DNA of 60,032 nt, the filler included, from Dugesia japonica (lineage: Eukaryota), in assembly GCA_001938525.1 (NCBI GenBank). It is 5 parts of 5 records of this genome, joined end to end, with 100 filler letters (N's around TTAATTAATTAA, not from the genome) between each part and the next. Parts side by side here need not be neighbours in the genome. Positions count along the whole stretch, not along the records: positions 25,610 to 39,875 come from MQRL01644319.1; 4 more parts are not named here. One strand, 5' to 3'. Position numbers and translations under genes: made by a program. Under the pieces are notes generated by a model, which was not told the DNA's origin, did no database searches, and saw only the letters and a program-made list of their open reading frames with translations. Below, piece by piece: positions 27,050 through 36,149 of this stretch (the first letter of the stretch is position 1; each line of letters opens with the position of its first letter).

Positions 27050-27880
27050 CATATTTTCCGGTCCACCGATTCTGGACAGGCAATCAACATTCGAGTTTGC
27101 TTTATCCGTTTTAAACTTTAACAGGGGGCAATACTCCTGCATTGCCAGTTGCCACTTGGCTATTCGATTCCATCGTAATGGTTTCTGGGCCATAAACGTG
27201 ATTGGTAAGTGGTCCGTATAGATTAACACCTCGTGACCATGTATAAGTGATCGAAAATGTTTAGTGGCTTTCACAATAGCCATTATCTCTCGTTCTGTTG
27301 TGCTGTAATTTAACTCTGCTCCTTGAAATCTTTTGCTAAAATATGCAATTACTCTTTCCCTTCCTTGTTCATCCAATTGGCTTAATATGGCACCCATGGT
27401 GTAACCACTAGCGTCAGTGGCTAAAATAAATGGCTTTTTGAAATCAGGATGTACCAGAATTGGTGCAGTTAGTAACTTATCTCNNNNNNNNNNNNNNNNN
27501 NNNNNNNNNNNNNNNNNNNNNNNNNNNNNNNNNCCCCATATAAATGCAGTATCTTGTTTGACCAATTCTTGCATGGGTTTTGCGATTTTTGCGAAATCTT
27601 TGATAAAATTTCGATAATAGTTTGCGAGTCTTTAAAACTCCAGTATCTTGAGTACACAATTAGGAGGTGCTAAGTTCCTGATTTTCTCCGTGTTTCTTGG
27701 GTCTGGCTCTTTTCCTTTATCTGATATCAAATGGCTCAAATATGTCACTCGCATTTGGTGGGTTTCAGTTTTAGATTCCATTTACGTAATCGTACAAACA
27801 CACTACGCAAGTCATTAAGGTGCCCTTCAAAGGTTGGCGAATAAATTAATAGATAGTCGATATAAGCCATACATTGAGAT
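27050..27880 (-). pseudogene. RT C-terminal half (N-terminal half deleted), connection and RNase H
   Basis: CMAYIDYLLIYS (degenerate YxDD), LKLKPTKC, ANYYRNFIKDFAKIA, FILATDASG, NYSTTEREIMAIV, IYTDHLP. Confidence 0.9.
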
Positions 27881-28289
27881 ATGCCGTGGGTTACGTAATT
27901 CATGATCTTTCACATGGGTATGCCTCTCTAATGATTGTAATCGTAACGTTGAAAAGTTTAATATACCGTTTTTCATCAGTACGCGAAAAATATATGTTCC
28001 TAGAATACACTGTCCCATCAGGTTTTGTTTTCCATGTTGGTTCTCGTTCTTGGAACCTTATCCAATCGTTCCTTATCAAGGTGGCTGTATTGGTCATTTT
28101 CTGACGGTCTTGATTTGAATTGTTTTGTTCATTTCGATCAGTTGGTCACTGTCGCAGCCGGTTGGGTGTTGGCGGATTCCATTGTTGTGCTCGTTTCTGT
28201 TGGGTTATTATTCGATTTTTCTGATATCCTACCGGTGTATACTCTTGATCATAGTTTTCTCNTATCGTTAGTTTTCTCAAATCCAATAT

Positions 28290-28580
28290 TCCCTCCGGAC
28301 AAAGGCGTGGCAAGAGGTCCAACCCCAATAGACAGTCGAATGTTAATTCGTTCATTATTTGTAGTTTATGCCAGAAACGGATTCCGTCGCTTTCTATCGC
28401 ACATATTGCTTCTCCAACGGGTGATACTTTTTCTCCAGAGGCTGTGATGATAACTCCTTTAGTTATAGTTATTGAAGTAGTCGATAATCTTCCAATATTC
28501 TCTTATCTACTAACGTCGTGCTTGCTCCTGTATCGATAATGGCTATTACCCATCTTACGTCTATATTTATCCTTTTTTGT
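28290..28580 (-). pseudogene. Retroviral-type aspartic protease
   Basis: IAIIDTGASTT, IITASGE and FDCLLGLDLL, across small frameshifts. Confidence 0.88.
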
Positions 28581-28762
28581 AGTAGTTTTGCCCTCTGAGA
28601 AATCATCATACATACGGTCTGGGTTACTAATTTTTCATCCTCCGTGATTTGGTTATTCGGAGAACGCAGATTTTGGTCAGGCATTCTTCTGTCAATAGTT
28701 GATACATTGTTCTCTGTTAATAATGCCACATTGGAAGCTTGTGGTGGATTTATATATGAATT

Positions 28763-31105
28763 TTACATGTGACCCGATGCCCATACCTGTTGTGGTGGTT
28801 GATTCATGAGTTGCCACCCATGTTGTGGGTAGGCGTTGAAGTAAATCTGTTCTAGTGCTGGTGTATTTTCACTTCCTCCGAATTTTAACGCGTTTCTCAG
28901 TCGTTGTATTTCACTGATTTTTTCGTATTGTTGTCTTTTGAACTCTGCCTCATATTCCATGGCAGTTTTATAACTGGGTACGTGGGGTGTTCTACTGCTA
29001 TCTCCTCTATCGTCATCACTGCTGTTACTACTTTCGTCTTTGTTCTTAAATCTTTCTTTAAATTGATTGAAATATGATATTTTCTTTTTCGCATTGCTTA
29101 TTTCTTCGCACAATAGTCGGAGTTGCATAATAACTTCCTTGTCTGATCCTCTGATTTTTCCGAGTTTCCGAATAAATCGTTTTACTCTGTCGATGTCTTT
29201 GAAGTGGCTATTAAGCACCATAGTTTTGGCTAGAAATGGAAATATTCCCGTTATCATTTTCCAATTCACCTTCTTCTCTCTTTTATATATGTCAAAATAT
29301 GCAAATAATTGAGTAATCACTATTCGTGTTACCGAAATTATCAGCATAACTCCCAACAATCCTGCCATTGCTTGTCCAAATATGATGAATCGTCCCCACA
29401 TCTTCCGCATGACGTTTTCTGTGGCTTTTTGAAAGTGGTCCGCTGATAATAGTGCGTCATAATTTACTCGACCATCTATGTTGGTCCCACTAGTTAACTG
29501 CACTATATTGGATAGGATTTGCATCCTTCGGACTGGAAACAGCATATATTCCCTGGCTTTCTCTAGGTCTTCCCTGCTGTAGATTCCTCCTTTGTTTACG
29601 TCAATTGGAGTGAATTGCATACCTCCATTTAACCGTAACATGGAGAATTTCCGTGGGTTCGATTCCTACTGTCATTCGTTGCGGAAATCGTATCCATGAA
29701 CCATCGGTCATTATGTATTGCGGTCCAAATACTTTGGAGCAATTTATGATATTTGGCTTATATCCCAATGGGGATATGATTCGAGTAATTGGTTGCACAT
29801 AACGTTTTTCGTTGTTGTGGATAATTTCTATTTCATTGTAGCAGTTTTTTGGATTAGACGAGAACTCAGCATCTATGGCTTTGCATTTGTATAGATACAT
29901 TACTTCTCCGACCACTCGACCGAATTGTCCTTTTTCCAACGGGAGTAGTGGAGTGACACTATCTGGGTTTGTAACTGCCATTGCTAACTTTGTCTTTAGT
30001 ATTTCTTTATTTAATGTGCAGTCATTTTGAATGAGATCGTGGTAAATTCGTCCCATGGTGTCCTGCATTCGATGGAATAAGTTGTCCATTTTATTATTGG
30101 CGTATAGATGCAATTTAATATCTTGTGACATTACTGCGGCTTGCGCTGTTTTTATTCGATGTTCTGATACGAATATTCCTTTATAGTTCGTTTTATACAC
30201 TATTTGACCACACTTTGACATCGAATTGCCTTTAATTAACCGGATGGTCTCATCCTGTTCCGAATACATTAGCACTGTAGGCGTTGTGTGCCATTGTTGA
30301 TCGTATGATCTTGGACCTGACCTTATCGTTTCCTTGAGATGATCTATCCTATCTTTTAGATTACCCTCCTTTGGGTCTTGATCAATAGGTGTTATAGCGC
30401 GGTGTCCTTGGTATTCATTGAACATTGCTTCCTTTAGGTGTGCTAACTTACAATCCTGGTGATCTACTTTGTTTGTCAATGTTGATGTACCTGTATTACA
30501 TGATCCATCTGCTGCTTTGCAATACGACCTTCCTTTCATAGTCAAATCTATGCCTCGTATTCCTTGAGTTCTACTGTATAGGTTTCGATTGCTACCGCAT
30601 ACTGCCAGACCTTTCCTCGTATAGTGTATGTACCATATTCNNNNNNNNNNNNNNNNNNNNNNNNNNNNNNNNNNNNNNNNNNNNNNNNGTCAATTACATG
30701 CCCTTTCTTGGCGATGACTTGAGTCCCATGTTTGATGGTGATCTTTCCTGTGGCAAATCTTTCATCACATTGTTGTCCAGTTAAATGAACGGGGTGTCTC
30801 ACTGTCCCTGGATCAATTATTGAAGTGTAGCCTTGATACCCACAATGAAATATAAATGTTTTTACCGTTACCGCACACTCGCGTACTTGGGCCTTATAGT
30901 AATCAGATTCTTGATATAAATGGTAGATGGAATTATTACGTAGTGAGATTTTCTCCGGGTTTGCATCGGGGCATTNNNNNNNNNNNNNNNNNNNNNNNNN
31001 NNNNNNNNNNNNNNNNNNNNNNNNNNNNNNNNNNNNNNNNNNNNNNNNNNNNNNNNCCATCATTAAGAATAACAAGAGTATTGTAGTGGTTAACGCTTGC
31101 CAAGA
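28763..31105 (-). pseudogene. Envelope glycoprotein, chuvirus-G-like (class III fusion) with signal, Cys-rich ectodomain, TM and tail
   Basis: Signal WQALTTTILLLFLMM. Ectodomain motifs LYQES...ECAV...FHCG, DCTLNKEILKTKLA, GRVVGEVMYLYKC, CYNEI, QPITRII, NCS...PQY, GIYSREDL...MLFP. TM GRFIIFGQAMAGLLGVMLIISV (~29398-29294). Frameshifts at ~30548 and ~29640. Confidence 0.8.
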
Positions 31106-31213
31106 GTTTCTGCGAGGCCAACGTGTCAATCCATTCTCGATCTCATTTAACTGATCCCGAACAATCCTGATTACCCTAGTTGCATTTTCGTGAGATGACT
31201 GAGGCTTAGCGCA

Positions 31214-31606
31214 TATGGCCTCAATAAACTTTTTCCACCCCCCATGCTGCTTTATTAACGGCACTATCTTCTTCTGCATTAGATCCACTATTGGTAATTT
31301 ACTGAGAATGAAGTTTTTTGACGGCTTGCTTCTAGCGATTGATAGATGCGTTTGATTAATCAGATGTGCTATAGATACTACTATTCTTCCCTTTGTTGGC
31401 TGATCTTGTAACAATTCATCCATTACACCTTCTAAATTATCTCTTGCACTATGACTAGTACCTTTAGTTGCAGGGAATTTCTTAATAGCTGCTTCTATTT
31501 CTTTGGCCAAAGGTCTGAGATTATCTGATAGTTGAAATTTCCCATTCCATATTTTTAATTCCAGATATAGCATTAGCAGTAACTGCCGTATTACTACTTC
31601 GGTTGG
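31214..31606 (-). pseudogene. Bcl-2-like domain within the polyprotein
   Basis: BH3-like LRPLAKEIE, BH1-like VMDELLQDQPTKGRIVVSI (ELLQDQPTKGRIV core at ~31417-31379) and BH2-like LIKQHGGWKKF (GGW at 31243-31235), in canonical order and spacing. Confidence 0.75.
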
Positions 31607-32328
31607 TATGTCATCATCTGTCGAATTTTCGTGGTATCTATCTTGTGATACCGTTGCTAATCGCTTAGTTTGATGAGTTATGGATGTGGCTAATCGTTTT
31701 TGTTTCAATGCTTCTTCCTCCTCTGGATTTCCCGGAGGTTTTGTTCTTGGTCGACCTCTATTACGAGGTTGCGTAATTGTTTCCGCATCCACTCGGGTAC
31801 GTACTGGTTTTGGCGGTACTTCTTCTTCTTCGGTTTCTATTGGATTTTCCATCTTTACGTGGTGGTTTGTATCCATTAGATCATCCATTACTGAGGATGG
31901 TAATTCTTTTGCTATTCTACTTAATATTGTTGATAATGGTTGGTCTTCCAATACGTCTTCCTCTTCCAAGTTAACCTTGCTAGGGTCGTATTTTTTACTT
32001 TGGGCTGGCTCTTTAACCTTTATTTCTTCACTTTTCCTAGTTGGAGGAGAATATTTTGTAATTTGCAACTCGTTTTCATCTTCCTCTGATTCGTCTGCTG
32101 ATGGTGATCCGAATATTTCGCGTTCCCATTCTTGGCTTGTTTTGGGAGTTTCCTTGGTTTCCCGGGAACTTCAGCGCTCCCAGATTGATCTGTGGTAGGT
32201 TTCAATATTTTACTAGCCGCTAATTGTGTGCGGTGTTTATATGCTTTTAGCATACTTGAGGTCTCTCCCATTATTGGTCTGGTTTTATCTGCTGCTTTAT
32301 AAGGATCTGCGTCTTTTCGAGTGAGAGT

Positions 32329-35300
32329 GCCTCCTAATTCGGGAAAAATCCCCAACGTTTTATGTTTAATTAAATCTATTTTCATTAGTCCAATTGGTAT
32401 GGTATCTTCCACTAGTCCACCTTCATCCACGAGTTTGTATGGTGGTTTAAATGGCTACTTGTCTCGTAGGTGTTTTACCGTATTATATACCGGTATTTTA
32501 ACCGTGATTTTGTCCCCTTCTGGATAGATTATTCTGAATTTAACTTCGAATGGCGTGGTTTGTCCCATCTCCGCTTTCCACCATTTAACCAGAATTTTAT
32601 TAAACTGAATGGGATCCCATGTATGAGATATTTTAATGGCCAAGATTAATCGTCGCAACTTTCTAAGATCTTCTACTGCCAGATCTTGTTGTAAGGCTAT
32701 ATTGATCGTTGTATGATTTCTAGCGTTATTAACTTATCACCTACTAGCAACTCGAACAATTTCGGTAAATTGTCTTCTGGTTTCTCGTCTTTGACCGGGG
32801 TGTTGGTTAGAGCTGCTACCATCTCTACTCGTTGTTTATTTTGCTCTTGTTTAGGGAGCTTGGCTCCGGCGAATACTAATGGGTGTATCTCTTCTATGTA
32901 ATATTCCACTACTTCTCTAGCTTCTTGTTTCCATATCTCCTCCGAGACCCGTGGTCGTCGTCTCTTCTCATCCTTTGCTGTTACGTAGATTTTTAATTTA
33001 TTACCTGGCCAAACCCTCATATATTTCACTGGTAATCTCATTTGATCTAGTTCTATTACCTGGTTGTAATAAAGTACTATATCATCTTCCTGCAATAATG
33101 GTTGCATTCTGGTTTCTTCTTCTTCAAGGTTACTCTGTTGGTTCATAAATTTTATAATCCTTTTCCGCAACTTAGACCATGGTTTGATCATTTAACCCTG
33201 CCACTGGATTTCGCTTTTATCCGGAAATTCGATTGTTACTGCAACGGCTTCATTGGTTATCATTCGAACTGCTTTATTTAATATTGCATCCATTATGTCT
33301 TCAGGCATTTGACTTATAGCTCGTAATTGATTTAGCTTTAGAACTAATTGAATGACTTTGNNNNNTCTTAATAGTTCCAAGTTTTCTTCCAAGGTTAAGA
33401 GTATTTTCATTATTACTCGCGCCAGACTTCCCCATGTTTTACTGTCTTCCCATAACTCAATATTTATCTCCATTGTTCTGTCATCGACTACTTCGAATAA
33501 CTGTCCACTGTTGATTTCTTGTTCGTATAGTTCCTCTAGTTGTTGTAATACTTCCCCCATAGATTTAACTGGGCCTGGAATGTAATCGCCTGGTTTTTGG
33601 ATTTGAAGAAATGTATTTTCACCAGGTCTTAGCCCTACGTCCATTAGATGTTGTTTTCCTTCAAATTTTATGGAGAATCTCAAATGGTCGGTCGTGATTG
33701 CATAATTTTTCTGTTGGTCAGCTATATCTAGTGATTCTATAATTTCCTGTAATTCCCCAGCTGATGTACTATTAAAATGTGGTATATGCATGACAGCCAT
33801 ATCCGGTTCCTTCCTTGATTTCTTGTTTCGTGTCAGATATTCTATTGTGACCTGAAAATTCTCTCCTTTGGCGCTTGTCTTCACTGCACCGATATACGGC
33901 TTGATTACTGATTCCCATTTAGCACGTTCTTCTCTTGCTATTTCAGTATACTTTGCCAGATCCATTAGTAAATTTAATGCCTTCCAAAATGCTGTCCGAG
34001 GTTTTCTTTCCTGGAAATAACAGAAATCAGAAATTATCTTCGATATCCACTCTGCCTGCTGGGAACTGAAAGGACCAGCGAATTCCTGTTTAAATGGTAT
34101 CAACCGAGGTTGGCTAATATCCTCTGAGCATCCTTCCTCCTGGTCCTCTTCATCGGAGGTTAGGTCCATGGTGTCATGGTCATTACCCCGAACCATGTTT
34201 ATCTGGGCTTTGTTTTCGCCATAAGTGTTTATAAGTCGTTCATTCTCTACCGGTAGTATTTCTTGTAGATATAGGCTCATCATAATTAATATGAATTGAT
34301 CGGTATCCGGCGTTTTTGGTATCGGTATGTCGATGGTCATTTTACGTGATGTTAATTTAATGTCTGTGATCTCCCCTGGTTTGATATCATGTAGAAAGAT
34401 GTGGTCCCCTTTCTCGGCTTATATAATCATTGTTGCTCCTGCCTGCATTTTATAGGACTTGAGCGATTTTGGCCATAGCCATTTCTTGATTGTTTTTATA
34501 ATATGGTTGATCGTTAATCCTTCCAGCGTTATCATATCTACCTTTTTTATGCTTCTATCTTTATTAAGGAGGCTGACTCTGATAGAATAGTCGGATATGG
34601 TAGATGTATTTTGCACTTCCTCTTCGTATAAGTTTTTCTCTTTCCACCATTGTGCTCGAGCCCACAAGCTGAGTTGTCCATATATTGCCAAATCCCGTAG
34701 ATTATTAATCATTTTCCAATATACTTTGATATTCACGATTGGTCGAGTTTCTCGGGTTACTCTTAGTAGATCATTGATAGCGTGAAACGTGGCGGATTCC
34801 TCCGTTATTGGTTTCGTATAATTCATTCGAATATCACGTATTGTTGGTGTGCCTTCTGGGAATACGACGGATTTTGTAGTAATTATTGGCAAGTTATCGA
34901 TATTCTGTATTTTCTGATTCTCTTTTACTTGTTCCTTTATGCCATACAATACTTCGGATACGTACAATTCTGTTATCTCTTCCATTCGCTCCTCGAGATC
35001 TGGTGATTGATCCGTCCGCGGCTCCTCGTCTACATCTAACTCACATATTTATCCAGGCTTTGCGTTGCATTGAAATATGTGTTTGTCCTCGTCGTCGGTC
35101 TCAACGAATTTGCCATTTATGAACACAGGTACCATGTTTAGTCCTTGTTCTCGCCACTTATCGGTAATGGCATCCATTAAATCCATCATGGTTATTCCTT
35201 GTGGTTTTAATCTACTATATTTAGTCAGTTCCTGTTCATGTTTATCTATATTTAAATATAATTTATAATCCCGAATTTTGGTAGTTGCCAATATTTCTTC

Positions 35301-36130
35301 GGCGTACTTCTGTCTAATCATGAGCCACTGGTTCTCGATTTCCTCGATAATTTCTAATCCATCATATATGTCGTAAATTCTATTCATTATCATCCAATAG
35401 GTTTCTCGAGGTAATTTTTCCTTCTCTATCTGTACTCAGTTAACTATTTCTTCCACTTTACGCATTGCTACCACCTCTCTTGATGGCATTTGCCGCATTC
35501 TTATCATGTTGCATTTGCCTTCTCTTCTCTCTAATCTTTGTTTGAGAAAATCATAACGCGTCATCAACAACTGTTTTCTCTCCTCCATTGTTAGTTTGTC
35601 TTTCTTCCCAAGTACTGTGGAAAGTATTTCGATTTTAATCGGTTCTAACCCTTGTTTATATAGGTACTCCATTTCTTCCATGATTTCTAAAGCTGATCTT
35701 CCGGTTTTTGCTATCCAGATGTCGTAGTCGATACCAGGGTGTTTGTCCAATACTACGATTTCAATGTCCTCTCCTGTTTTTACTCCAAAATCATATAGAT
35801 GTTTCTTTCTGGCGTTAAAATATACAATAGCACTTGGAGTGCATACATATTTATCGGTTATGCATGGATAACCGGCTTGCTTAAGCGCGGCTTCCAGATC
35901 TTCTACCATTAATCATGTGAGTGTCAGTTTCATATTTCCCTCCGGGTTATACAGCCATACTTAGTAATCCGATAATCTCATGCTGGATATTACCCACTCG
36001 GAATGCACTAGTAACCATTCTGTCCAATCGCTTTCGCACTCGGTGATTAGTTGTATCACTTCCAATAATTCAACCAATCGATTTGTCAACTTTAGGTATA
36101 CTTCTTTCTTTATCGTATCATTAGTAGACG
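32329..36130 (-). repeat. Six diverged protein repeats (~190-250 aa each): helical domain + ubiquitin-like fold
   Basis: Recurring LYxxEI, (Y/F)WxxxNxLxD...W and DYxV motifs. Unit ends are HLYDFGVKTGEDIEI, HIFQCNAKPG*ICEL, HIFLHDIKPGEITDI, HLMDVGLRPGENTFL, VKYMRVWPGNKLKI and EDTIPIGLM...FPELGG. Confidence 0.65.
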
Positions 36131-36149
36131 CTCGAGCTCTAGAATAGGT

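Larger units (their letters stand above)
25610..36130 (-). mobile_element. Giant Gypsy-type LTR retroelement, decayed single polyprotein: 6x(helical+Ubl), AT-hook, Bcl-2-like, env, PR, partial RT, RH, IN
   Basis: The ORFs starting at 35909, 35393, 34985, 34340 and 33191 share one frame and are separated only by isolated stops. The env tail (28763..29641) and protease (28469..28729) are in frame across a single TAA. Other breaks are small frameshifts. Composition is uniformly more GC-rich than the host. Confidence 0.85.

Noticed and set aside
27900-28097. Apparent extra domain between protease and RT
   Set aside because: It is in frame with the protease and consistent with the ordinary Gypsy PR-RT spacer. 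There is no evidence for a distinct cargo domain.
28955-28995. VPSY in the env tail as a PPxY late domain
   Set aside because: It does not match PPxY in this copy and is too weak without a consensus.
31680-32198. 172-aa plus-strand Ser-rich ORF and other plus-strand ORFs within 25641-35268
   Set aside because: They are antisense shadows of the minus-strand polyprotein and carry no independent motifs.
32329-36130. Interpreting the repeat array as gag
   Set aside because: No zinc knuckle or capsid-like motif was recognised. Gag probably lay beyond the truncation at ~36140, though this is unproven.
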